A DNA stretch of 61,305 nucleotides, counting the filler. It is 3 parts of 3 records of this genome, joined end to end, with 100 filler letters (N's around TTAATTAATTAA, not from the genome) between each part and the next. Parts side by side here need not be neighbours in the genome. Positions count along the whole stretch, not along the records: positions 1 to 25,480 come from SRR20825010_849; 2 more parts are not named here. One strand, written 5' to 3'. The translations under genes and the position numbers were made by a program. The notes under the pieces are model-generated. The model saw only the letters and a list, made by a program, of their open reading frames with translations. It had not been told where the DNA came from and did not search any database. This document shows positions 10,525-19,530 of the stretch, piece by piece. The first letter of the stretch is position 1, and the number at the start of each line of letters is the position of its first letter.

Positions 10525-11022
10525 TTATACTTTTCTGATGCTTAAATAATTCTCCTTTCCATCCACTTGGCCAAATAAATCGGCAAGTTTTTGCTCCCGA
10601 AATTCAAAAATCTTTTGCAGTTGTTTCTTTACCAACAAGGGGTGAGTGAGTTGCCCCAAAAAACCAAAGGGTAATTTGTAATCAATGATGTCTTCCATTT
10701 CCACACCTTCGGGAACTTCTTTTAAAAAATGTTTGTGGTGCCAAAGGGAGTAGGGGCCAAAACGCTGCTCGTCAACAAAATATTCGCCATCTTTAACATG
10801 GGTTATCTCAGTTACCCATTTTGTGGAAACAAAAGGAAACGGTTTTACTATATATTGAATAACTTGACCTTGGAACATGGGTCTATCCGCTCCGGCCAAA
10901 ATATGGAAACCCATGTGTTGTGGAGTTATTACTGCCAGGTTTTTTGGGTCAGATAAAAAGTCCCAAGCCCTCTTTTTGCTTATGGGAAATACTTGCTTAG
11001 ATTTCAATTGATACAGTTGCAT
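10525..11022 (-). CDS. SRPBCC (START-like) family protein
   Basis: WDFLSDPKNLAVITP, WVTEIT and FVDEQRFGPYSLWHHKH. Start reassigned to MQLYQ (11022). Confidence 0.85.
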   Translation of the reverse strand: MQLYQLKSKQVFPISKKRAWDFLSDPKNLAVITPQHMGFHILAGADRPMFQGQVIQYIVKPFPFVSTKWVTEITHVKDGEYFVDEQRFGPYSLWHHKHFLKEVPEGVEMEDIIDYKLPFGFLGQLTHPLLVKKQLQKIFEFREQKLADLFGQVDGKENYLSIRKV

Positions 11023-11037
11023 CCTAACGATTTTACA

Positions 11038-11045
11038 CAAAGATA
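11038..11045 (-). promoter_or_regulatory. Bacteroidetes -7 element TATCTTTG for the SRPBCC-SDR-photolyase operon
   Basis: Plus-strand CAAAGATA, 15 nt upstream of the 11022 start codon. Confidence 0.65.
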
Positions 11046-11196
11046 GCAGTAAAATGTTCAATAAAAATAATAAATAGTTAAACAAAATTAAAATGAAAGC
11101 AATTATTGCTTATTTTTGTTTTAAGATTTAATTAACAAATAGGGCATCGCTTTATCTTAATTTTGATCTGCTGAACATTTAATATATACAACAACT

Positions 11197-12051
11197 ATGA
11201 AAAATTTTACACTCTTATTGTTTGCGGTGTCCATGTGTTTTTCGCTACAGGCACAAATACAGACACCAGCGCCCAGTCCGGCTTCAACTTTGGAGCAAAA
11301 AGTGGGATTGACCGATGTTACCGTTAAATATTCCCGTCCCGCAATGAAGGGAAGAAAGATATTTGGCGATTTGGTTCCTTTTGGAGCTATTTGGAGAACT
11401 GGCGCCAATGAAAACACTACAATTTCCTTTAGTGACGATGTTATTGTGGAGGGAAAGGAATTGAAAGCAGGCACCTATGCCATTTATACAAGGCCGGATG
11501 AGGCTGTTTGGGAAGTTTTCTTTTATACTGCAACTGACAATTGGGGGACTCCGCAGGAATGGGATGCCTCCAAAGTTGCTGCTACAGTAAAAGTTGAAAC
11601 ATTTGACATTCCAATGCCCATTGAAACTTTCACCATTACTTTTGATGACCTTCACAATAATGGAGGAACTCTTGGCATCATGTGGGAGAACATCTATGTA
11701 GGGGTAAAATTTGTTGTTCCAACTGTGGACAAGGCGATTAAAAGCATCGAGGCGACAATGGCGAAGAAAGAGGACCTGACCGCCAATGATTATTTTGCCG
11801 CAGGTTCCTATTATTTTGCCGAGGGCATGAACATGGAACAGGCTAAAGAATGGGTTGATAAGGCTGTTGAGATGGGTGATGGCAAAGCATTTTGGATGAT
11901 GCGCACACAATCGTTGATCTATGCTAAAATGGGCGATAAAAAGGCTGCTATCGAAGCTGCTAAAAAATCCATGGCTGCTGCTCAGGCCGCTGGCAACCAA
12001 GATTATGTAAAAATGAACAAGGACTCTTTAAAGGAGTGGGCCGAAATGTAA
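11197..12051 (+). CDS. DUF2911 domain exported protein with TPR-like C-terminus
   Basis: Signal peptide; PSP...YSRPAMKGRKIFGDLVPFGAIWRTGANE motif. Confidence 0.88.
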   Translation: MKNFTLLLFAVSMCFSLQAQIQTPAPSPASTLEQKVGLTDVTVKYSRPAMKGRKIFGDLVPFGAIWRTGANENTTISFSDDVIVEGKELKAGTYAIYTRPDEAVWEVFFYTATDNWGTPQEWDASKVAATVKVETFDIPMPIETFTITFDDLHNNGGTLGIMWENIYVGVKFVVPTVDKAIKSIEATMAKKEDLTANDYFAAGSYYFAEGMNMEQAKEWVDKAVEMGDGKAFWMMRTQSLIYAKMGDKKAAIEAAKKSMAAAQAAGNQDYVKMNKDSLKEWAEM

Positions 12052-12080
12052 ATAGGTCTTATTCCCATATAATGATAAAG

Positions 12081-12106
12081 AAGCCCACTTTTTAGTGGGT
12101 TTTTTT
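12081..12106. terminator. Terminator between convergent DUF2911 and symporter genes
   Basis: AAGCCCACT-TTTT-AGTGGGTT followed by a T run. Confidence 0.75.
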
Positions 12107-13811
12107 ATTGTTCAATGGGAGAATTGCCCAAGAAGTTATCGAACAATTGTGTGATTATTGCCAACAGAATTACCAAGACACACCCGAAAGCATTCAACCA
12201 TAGATAGGACATCCAGTCCAAATACCAGCCAATGATCACAATAATTTGGGTTACAATAGCCGCTACAAAAACCGCATTTCCCTTCACAAACTTAAAGAAG
12301 AAAGCCAGTAAAAAGATACCCAGCACATTTCCATAAAAAATGGAACCTATGATGTTGACCAGCTGAATCAAATTATCAAAGAGACTGGCAACGTTTGCAA
12401 TTATGATAGCAATTATTCCCCATAGTAGGGTAAAGGCCTTGGTTGCCTTTAAATAATGTTCTTGGCCATGCTTTTTTCTTACGTTCCTTTTGTATAGGTC
12501 CAATGCGGTAATGGTGCCAAGCGCATTTAACTCAGAAGCTGTTGATGACATGGCGGCTGAGAGTATAACGGCCAAAAGAAGACCAATTAGTCCCACCGGT
12601 AGATTATTCAGTATAAAATGGATAAAAACATAATCTTTATCATTGGTCTCAACTGTAGCATCTGCTTTGGCAATCAGGTCCTTGGCAGTTTCTCTATTTG
12701 CTGTTTCTTTTTCATTGATTTTTATGATATCCTGTTTGGCCTGTTCAATGGCATTGTACTCCTTTAATTCTAGGGCCGCGGAGAAGGAATGTTGTGCCAT
12801 GCGTTTTTCCTTTTCCAATTCTTTATGGTCGTTCTCCAGGGCTTGATAATCATTGGCGTAATCTGACTTCATGATAGCTTCTGTGGCAGCAGGGTTAAAG
12901 TTCAAGGGGGAAGAATTATACTGATAAAAGACAAACACCATTGCACCTACCAACAGAATAAAAAACTGCATGGGTATTTTAAAAATTCCATTAAAAATCA
13001 ATGCCCATTGACTTTCTTTTACGCTCCTACCGGACAGATAGCGTTGTACTTGGCTTTGATCTGTCCCAAAATAGGCCAAGGCCAAAAAGAAACCACCTGT
13101 GATTCCACTCCAAAACGTGTATCTGTTGTTGGTGTCAAAAGAAAAATCAAGAATGTTGAGTTTGTTGTTCGCCCCCGCTATTTTTAAAGCTTTATCAAAT
13201 GAAATATCGGTGGGAAGAGCTCCCAAAATAAAGAAAAACGCAAAAAACATCCCCAGCATTATGATGAACATCTGTTGCTTTTGTGTAACACTTACCGCTT
13301 TGGTACCACCCGAAACGGTATAGATAATAACCGAAATCCCTATGATTATGTTCAAAGTCCTCAAGTCCCACCCCAAAACGGCGGAGAGGATTATTGAAGG
13401 AGCAAAAATGGTAATCCCTGCTGCCAAACCGCGTTGTACCAAAAATAGTAGGGCGGTCAATGTACGGGTCTTAAGGTCAAAACGACCTTCGAGCATCTCG
13501 TAAGCGGTGAATACCTTTAGCTTTTTATAAATAGGAATAAATACCAAACAAATGACGATCATGGCCAAGGGAAGTCCAAAATAGAACTGAACAAACCCCA
13601 TACCGTCGTGGAATGCCTGGCCGGGAGTGGACAAAAATGTGATGGCACTTGCTTGTGTTGCCATTACGGATAAGCCAATGGTCCACCATTTTACATCGTC
13701 ACCTCCGCGAACATAATCGTCTACACTATTGTTGCCACGGGTTTTCCAAACACCGTAAGCAACGATGAAAATCAGGGTGCTACCAAGAATAATCCAGTCG
13801 AGTAATGCCAT
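12105..13811 (-). CDS. Sodium:solute symporter (SSS family)
   Basis: GLSVMATQASAITFLSTPG, GGTKAV, GTDQSQVQRYL and AAMSS motifs; many TM helices. Confidence 0.92.
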   Translation of the reverse strand: MALLDWIILGSTLIFIVAYGVWKTRGNNSVDDYVRGGDDVKWWTIGLSVMATQASAITFLSTPGQAFHDGMGFVQFYFGLPLAMIVICLVFIPIYKKLKVFTAYEMLEGRFDLKTRTLTALLFLVQRGLAAGITIFAPSIILSAVLGWDLRTLNIIIGISVIIYTVSGGTKAVSVTQKQQMFIIMLGMFFAFFFILGALPTDISFDKALKIAGANNKLNILDFSFDTNNRYTFWSGITGGFFLALAYFGTDQSQVQRYLSGRSVKESQWALIFNGIFKIPMQFFILLVGAMVFVFYQYNSSPLNFNPAATEAIMKSDYANDYQALENDHKELEKEKRMAQHSFSAALELKEYNAIEQAKQDIIKINEKETANRETAKDLIAKADATVETNDKDYVFIHFILNNLPVGLIGLLLAVILSAAMSSTASELNALGTITALDLYKRNVRKKHGQEHYLKATKAFTLLWGIIAIIIANVASLFDNLIQLVNIIGSIFYGNVLGIFLLAFFFKFVKGNAVFVAAIVTQIIVIIGWYLDWMSYLWLNAFGCVLVILLAIITQLFDNFLGNSPIEQ

Positions 13812-13818
13812 TCAGGGT

Positions 13819-13920
13819 TTAATTGTTTAAAATCATTATGAGGTAAAACACTAAAATATATATGGCATTCAAAAGAATAACAATGCTGTATTCTTTCTTC
13901 CATTCGAATTTGGTATCCAT
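13819..13920 (-). CDS. 33-aa single-pass membrane peptide, absent from the ORF track
   Basis: Read by hand: MDTKFEWKKEYSIVILLNAIYILVFYLIMILNN*. It fills the gap exactly: 1 nt after the PIG-L stop and 7 nt before the symporter ATG. Confidence 0.75.
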   Translation of the reverse strand: MDTKFEWKKEYSIVILLNAIYILVFYLIMILNN

Positions 13921-13921
13921 A

Positions 13922-16453
13922 TTATCCTTTGACATTATTGTCGCTTTTTACTTCATCTTTTCCTATGGAAAGCATATTTGCAAACAGTTTATATGCTCCC
14001 GAAACCCCAACAGGCAATTCCCTGAAAAAGCTCAGTCCTGTGTAAATATAGTGACCTTCTCCATATGGTGCTACTATGAGGCTGCCTTGTTTCTCGGTCT
14101 CGCCTTCATCTTGCATGGAGAGGATAGGTGTAAATTCCGAGCTCCACTGGCTTGGATAGTATAATCCCCGTTCCTGTACCCATCCATCAAAATCTTTTTC
14201 CGTGATGGTATTTGGAAAGTTTACCAATGAATTGTTGGGCGCCAATATTTTGACTTCTGCATTCTCGTCAGTAACCCTGTCGCGGGAAAGGGTGACCTCG
14301 TAAGGTGCAATATTTTCAAATTGACTTGCCCATCTTCCTGCTGTGTTATATTGCACGATCATGGTGCCACCATTCTTGACATAGTCGAACAAAACGGGTT
14401 GCTTGAATTTTAGGGCATCTACAACATTGTAGGCCCTGATGCCCACCACTACAGCATCATACTTGTCCAAATCTCCATTTTGAATATCATTTGGGTCTAC
14501 CACATGCACTTGGTAACCGATTTGCTCCAAACTTTCGGGAACATTGTCTCCCGCACCCATTATGTAGGCAATGTGTTCACCAGATTTTCTTATATCCATA
14601 CGAACCACTTTGGCTTCTGATGGTAGTAGAATGGATTGCTTCGGAATATGATTGTAATCAATTTCTACAAGTTCATCTGCATAAATTTTACTGCCGACAC
14701 TTACTTTAGGTTCAATTTTTCCTTCACTTTCATTACTTGGAGGGGTAACCTCAAATATTACTGGAATTTCCTCTCCTTTCTGGGCTATGGAGAATGGAAT
14801 GCTGTTTGGGGAAACTTTCCAGCCCATTGGATGGTCCAATTCGACTATACCCGACACATCATTTTTTCCGGCTCTGATTTTTACCTGTACGCTTTTTGTG
14901 TCGGAATTGGCGAATATCAAGACTTTTTCATCAATTTTGGAGGTAACCTCGGGCAAAATAGCAAATGGCTCGTAAAGTTCGCCTCTATCTGGCTTAGAGT
15001 AGCGGTGGACAACTGATTTCTCGAATGGAATTTCCACACCATCGATTTCCAGACTAAAAATGGCCTTAAAGGCACTTGGGGTTTCGGGTTTGCCAATTAA
15101 GCTTTGGTTATTTACCGTATAGGTCCCCAAGGTTCCAGGCTCGTTCAACCAATATGGACTGGTGTATGGTGTGTTTGCGGGTACAGTAAAGTTGACCTCG
15201 AAATTCTCCTTTTGATTGTCTCCCAAAACCTTATTCGGTGTTAGTTTGGCACCGGCCCCAACAATTTGAATATCTTTTAAAGTTACATTTTGTGATGACC
15301 TATTGATAGTTTCAATATTGATTGTTGCTTTGCTGCCCGGAGTTGTGGAAGCACTTGCTGAACTGGCCTCCAAATATAATCCTGCAGCGGCCGAAATTAT
15401 ATTTTTTAACTCTTCAGATTTAAGGGTCCTCCAGTGCTTATCCTCCACTTTTTGAAGTAATTGATAGGCCCTGACAAGTTCGGGAATGTGCTTGGATGGG
15501 TTCTGGAAATCAAAATTAGCCTCTACCTTGTATAAAATATCCCCTATGGCCTCGCCTCCTTTTACTCGGGACCAGGTCGTGTTGATACCCTCAAAAACAT
15601 CATTGCTTTTAGGCATATCACCTTTCAGAAGTTCAATGTATTCCATATCGGAACCCCTATCGGTCAACCTACCAAACCCTTGACAAAGGTGTTGACTTCT
15701 CGCCATTGAAGCGATTTCGTTATTGGAAAGCCCTAGTTCGGGATAGTAGGTGCCAACATCCAAACTTACCATACCTGATTTATCCACCTTTTCAAATGCT
15801 TCTTGACTTCCATATTGCCACCAAGATGTGTTGTAGAAAATACGCTTTGGCTGCCAAGGGGTTGTCTGTTCCAATTGCTCGGAATAAACATTGGGGTCAT
15901 TTGCCAAATCAAATGCCTCCATACTTAAAATGGCTGAGGAGGTATGATGTCCATGGGTCGAGCCCGGGGTCCTATGGTCAAAACGATTGATGATGACATC
16001 GGGTTTAATTTGTCTGATTGTCCAGACCACATCGGCCAAGACTTTATCTTTGTCCCAAATTTTCAATGTCTCTTTTGGATGTTTGGAAAAACCAAAATCG
16101 TTGGCGCGTGTAAAACGTTGTTCTCCGCCATCCATATGTCTTGCCGCCAAAAGTTCGTGGGTTCGCAACACTCCCAAAAGTTCACGTAATTCAGGGCCTA
16201 TCAAGTTTTGCCCGCCATCTCCACGTGTCATGGAAAGATATACTGTTCTTGCCTTTTCATGGTTGGCCATATAAGAAATAAGGCTAGTATTTTCATCATC
16301 CGGATGCGCGGCAACATAGAGTGCCGTTCCCAAAAAATTCAATTTTTGGATTTCATGAAAAAGCTCAGCAGAGGTAGGCTTATCGGGCTTTTGGGCAAAG
16401 GAGTTTGTGACTAGTAATATGGTTAAGGAAAGGAGTACCCAAAAATGCTTCAT
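13922..16453 (-). CDS. Exported multidomain PIG-L/LmbE family de-N-acetylase
   Basis: Signal peptide; AHPDDE, TRGDGGQN, DFGFSK and HGHH motifs; beta-rich middle; C-terminal GATase-like region (YIMGAGD, GGTMIVQY, WVQERGLY). Confidence 0.88.
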   Translation of the reverse strand: MKHFWVLLSLTILLVTNSFAQKPDKPTSAELFHEIQKLNFLGTALYVAAHPDDENTSLISYMANHEKARTVYLSMTRGDGGQNLIGPELRELLGVLRTHELLAARHMDGGEQRFTRANDFGFSKHPKETLKIWDKDKVLADVVWTIRQIKPDVIINRFDHRTPGSTHGHHTSSAILSMEAFDLANDPNVYSEQLEQTTPWQPKRIFYNTSWWQYGSQEAFEKVDKSGMVSLDVGTYYPELGLSNNEIASMARSQHLCQGFGRLTDRGSDMEYIELLKGDMPKSNDVFEGINTTWSRVKGGEAIGDILYKVEANFDFQNPSKHIPELVRAYQLLQKVEDKHWRTLKSEELKNIISAAAGLYLEASSASASTTPGSKATINIETINRSSQNVTLKDIQIVGAGAKLTPNKVLGDNQKENFEVNFTVPANTPYTSPYWLNEPGTLGTYTVNNQSLIGKPETPSAFKAIFSLEIDGVEIPFEKSVVHRYSKPDRGELYEPFAILPEVTSKIDEKVLIFANSDTKSVQVKIRAGKNDVSGIVELDHPMGWKVSPNSIPFSIAQKGEEIPVIFEVTPPSNESEGKIEPKVSVGSKIYADELVEIDYNHIPKQSILLPSEAKVVRMDIRKSGEHIAYIMGAGDNVPESLEQIGYQVHVVDPNDIQNGDLDKYDAVVVGIRAYNVVDALKFKQPVLFDYVKNGGTMIVQYNTAGRWASQFENIAPYEVTLSRDRVTDENAEVKILAPNNSLVNFPNTITEKDFDGWVQERGLYYPSQWSSEFTPILSMQDEGETEKQGSLIVAPYGEGHYIYTGLSFFRELPVGVSGAYKLFANMLSIGKDEVKSDNNVKG

Positions 16454-16476
16454 AGTTGGTCATTTAGCGGTTAAAT

Positions 16477-16484
16477 CAAATATA
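16477..16484 (-). promoter_or_regulatory. Bacteroidetes -7 element TATATTTG for the PIG-L operon
   Basis: Plus-strand CAAATATA, 23 nt upstream of the 16453 start. Confidence 0.6.
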
Positions 16485-16553
16485 GGTAGTTTGTATTCAG
16501 TTATTGGTTTGTTTAGAAGAGTTTTAACGCTCCCCGAGTGTTATTAAACGGAC

Positions 16554-17498
16554 TTATAGCCCTAAACTATCCCTTAAAACTAGATTTTTATTTTCATTTT
16601 GTTTCCAATAGGCCGTTTTCAATGTTTTGATTTTGGATGCGGACGTGGTCAATGTTTTTGCGTTTGAACCAAATCCACTTTTAAATTTTTCCTCCCAACT
16701 TACGATGGAATATGGGAAGTTTGTCGTGAAATTTATCATCAAATTTCGTTCCAAATTTGGATAGGAAATAGTGTAGGTTGTAATCCCCTCTTTTGATGAA
16801 ATTTGGGCAATGGCATTATATGGTTTCACTTCTTGATGCCTTAACCTTAAATACTCCAGAGAAGGTATTATTGAAATTTCACCGGTAGGAAGATTTTCTG
16901 GGTTTATTCTGATTTTGGTCCAAATTTCATTTTCTAGGATTACTTTTTCCATGGAGAAATTTTGGTCTGCCTCCCCTTCAAAATAAGAATGCGAAGTAAA
17001 CTCAAATTGATTCCTATTGTTCAACTGGGAATACACGTGCCCGCACCACTCCTGTACGGATAAACTTGTTTTAAGCGCATGTTGATTGTCATATACGGGA
17101 TAAAAGGTGCTGCTCATAATGGAGTAGGGGTAAATACCTGTCAAAAACTTTTTAGTGGCATTCAATTTTAAGACGGATATGCTTTCTGGATTGTTGTTGT
17201 TCGCTTTTACCTGTTCTTGAGGCAAAAAGGGCTCGGTTACATAAATTAAAACTGCATTTCCATCCCTGAGCTCACCATATCTTGCTTGTTCCAGTTTATA
17301 GGATGTGATTTCTGCTTCACCGGCATACCAATATGCCTTGAACTCGTCAGAAATAGTTGCTCTTGGTTTTGGAGTGTCTTCTTTTGATGGGGTAGAAGAT
17401 GTGGAACCATCAGTTTTTTGACGGTTGTCATTGCATGCTCCCAATAGGGAAAAAGCCACTAAACTGACTAAAATCTTAGCTGAAGATAAAGGTTTCAT
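16554..17498 (-). CDS. Conserved lipoprotein of unknown function
   Basis: Lipobox LLGA-C; conserved-looking YWYAGEAE, QARYGE and QEWCGH blocks. Confidence 0.75.
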   Translation of the reverse strand: MKPLSSAKILVSLVAFSLLGACNDNRQKTDGSTSSTPSKEDTPKPRATISDEFKAYWYAGEAEITSYKLEQARYGELRDGNAVLIYVTEPFLPQEQVKANNNNPESISVLKLNATKKFLTGIYPYSIMSSTFYPVYDNQHALKTSLSVQEWCGHVYSQLNNRNQFEFTSHSYFEGEADQNFSMEKVILENEIWTKIRINPENLPTGEISIIPSLEYLRLRHQEVKPYNAIAQISSKEGITTYTISYPNLERNLMINFTTNFPYSIVSWEEKFKSGFGSNAKTLTTSASKIKTLKTAYWKQNENKNLVLRDSLGL

Positions 17499-17532
17499 AG
17501 AACAGGGTTTACGTAAAGTTACGCATCCAAAC

Positions 17533-18132
17533 TCAAGAAACCAGATTTATCAAGGTTTCATAGACCAAATCGGTAGGAAGTCCCACTACATTGTTATATG
17601 ACCCTTGGATTTCCGAGATGCCTATCATTCCTATCCACTCTTGAATACCGTAAGCTCCAGCTTTATCAAACGGTTGGCAAGTTTCAATGTAGTAATTGAT
17701 TTCGTCATCCGAAAAGTCTTTCAACTTCACCTTGGTGACGCCACTAACGGTTTTTTGGAAATGTTTTGAGGTAAAACATACGGATGAGATTACCTCGTGC
17801 CAATCACCCGAGAGGGTCCGCAGCATTTTAAATGCTTCATCATGGTTGGCCGCTTTCGCTAAAGATACACCGTTGTGCCACACCACGGTATCCGAAGTAA
17901 TCACAATTTGATTGTCTTCCAAATCATTCATGAACGGTGTAGCCTTTAATTTGGCCAGATATTCAGATATTTCTCCCCCTCTCAGTTCTTCGGGGTAGAT
18001 TTCTTCCACGGATTTGGGCCGTACCTCAAAGTCGATTCCCAATTCTTCCAAAAACATTTTCCGTCTTGGTGAACCGGAGCCCAGAATGATTTTTTTATCC
18101 TTGAGTTTTTCTTTAAGTGGATTTTTAGTCAT
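17533..18132 (-). CDS. maf: Maf family nucleotide pyrophosphatase
   Basis: ILGSGSPRR, TSDTVV, DKAGAYGIQ and GSYNNVVGLP. Start reassigned to MTKNP (18132). Confidence 0.92.
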   Translation of the reverse strand: MTKNPLKEKLKDKKIILGSGSPRRKMFLEELGIDFEVRPKSVEEIYPEELRGGEISEYLAKLKATPFMNDLEDNQIVITSDTVVWHNGVSLAKAANHDEAFKMLRTLSGDWHEVISSVCFTSKHFQKTVSGVTKVKLKDFSDDEINYYIETCQPFDKAGAYGIQEWIGMIGISEIQGSYNNVVGLPTDLVYETLINLVS

Positions 18133-18652
18133 TCTCTGCGCTAAAATTATCGTTCCAGTCCCCACGAACCTTTAAAACCTGTTCAATAATGTCTCGAACG
18201 CAGCCATCGCCACCATTTTTATGCGAAACATAATCGGAAATTGCCTTTACCTCCGGCACCGCATTTTGCGGAGAAGTAGCAAGGGCGACCATTTTCATAG
18301 GAGGAATATCCGGCATGTCATCTCCCATGTAAACAACGGTTTGTGGGTCAATCCCATGAATCTCCAAATATTCTTCCAAAGGTTCTTGTTTATGGTGGGC
18401 ACCCATATAAAAATCGGTTACCCCAAGACCTTTCAAGCGCTCTTTTACCCCTTTATTGGTCCCGCCGGTAATTATACAGATATTGTATCCCTTTTGTATC
18501 GCAGTTTTTAGGGCATACCCATCTTTAACACTCATTTTGCGAAGCAACTCTCCATCGGTGGTGATTAAAACCGTTCCATCGGTAAAAACACCGTCAACGT
18601 CAAATACAAAGGTGGTAATGTTGCTCAATAGCTCTTTATAATTCTTTTTCAT
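18125..18652 (-). CDS. kdsC: KdsC-family HAD phosphatase
   Basis: FDVDGVFTDG, DGYA, IITGG, MGDDMPD and GGDGCVRD. Confidence 0.85.
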   Translation of the reverse strand: MKKNYKELLSNITTFVFDVDGVFTDGTVLITTDGELLRKMSVKDGYALKTAIQKGYNICIITGGTNKGVKERLKGLGVTDFYMGAHHKQEPLEEYLEIHGIDPQTVVYMGDDMPDIPPMKMVALATSPQNAVPEVKAISDYVSHKNGGDGCVRDIIEQVLKVRGDWNDNFSAEND

Positions 18653-19397
18653 GGGCTTGTTTTATGGCTTGGCTCAATAATTTATAGAGTGTAATGTGTT
18701 CTTTCTTGTTCAGGAGTTCTAGGTGGCCTTCCATACTCTTGATATCATTTCGGCGAGCTGGACCAGTCTGCGCCTCCTGGGGTGACATGGTCTGAATTTT
18801 ATGGGCCGTTTCCATGATCAAAGGTTTCAATAAATCAAAAGAAAGGCCTTCTTCCAAACAAAGTTCTTCGCCAATGCTGTACAGGCAATTGGTGAAGTTG
18901 TTCACAAAAACGGCCGCAAGATGCAATTTTTTTCGCTGTTCTGAGTCAATCTGATGCACGTTTTTGGAAATGGACATCGCCAAACTCTTCAAGGTATTCA
19001 AGGATTTTTCATGATCAGCTTCGATACAGATCGGAATGTTTGAAAAATCCACTTCTTTATCCTTGGTAAAAGTCTGTAAGGGATAAAAAACCCCTTTTTT
19101 CACGGACTGTAAAGTATTCATATCGATGGCCCCCGAAGTGTGGGCCACGATTCCCTTTTTGTTTGATAGATATTTAGAGACTTCGCCAATGGCATCGTCC
19201 TTTACCGCTATCACGTAGACATCGGCATCAGTTATAGCATCAAAATCATTGGAAATATTGGAATATTCCGAAAAGTGCTGTAATTCTTTCACATTACGGC
19301 CTATAACCTGCACCACATCGACATCATCGGCTTTTAAAAAAGCAGTGTAGAGGTGTTTGGCGAGGTTTCCGGTACCAAAAATCACAATCTTTAGCAT
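18636..19397 (-). CDS. Rossmann-like and DUF2520 domain protein
   Basis: GTGNLA, HTSG, YPLQTF, HLAAVFVNNF and QTGPARR. A TAAATTTG -7 element lies at 19409-19416. Confidence 0.85.
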   Translation of the reverse strand: MLKIVIFGTGNLAKHLYTAFLKADDVDVVQVIGRNVKELQHFSEYSNISNDFDAITDADVYVIAVKDDAIGEVSKYLSNKKGIVAHTSGAIDMNTLQSVKKGVFYPLQTFTKDKEVDFSNIPICIEADHEKSLNTLKSLAMSISKNVHQIDSEQRKKLHLAAVFVNNFTNCLYSIGEELCLEEGLSFDLLKPLIMETAHKIQTMSPQEAQTGPARRNDIKSMEGHLELLNKKEHITLYKLLSQAIKQAHEKEL

Positions 19398-19530
19398 GCC
19401 CAAAACTACAAATTTAGGGTTGATGGATTATACTGAGAATTAACAAATATGTACGATTTTTATTCTTCTGGGCAGTAAGGAAGTTCTAAAAAGGCCGTAT
19501 TTTTGCAAGCCGAAAGTAGACCGAATTTCC

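Noticed and set aside
11157..12000. Antisense ORFs of 105 and 238 aa over DUF2911
   Set aside because: Shadow frames with no recognisable motifs.
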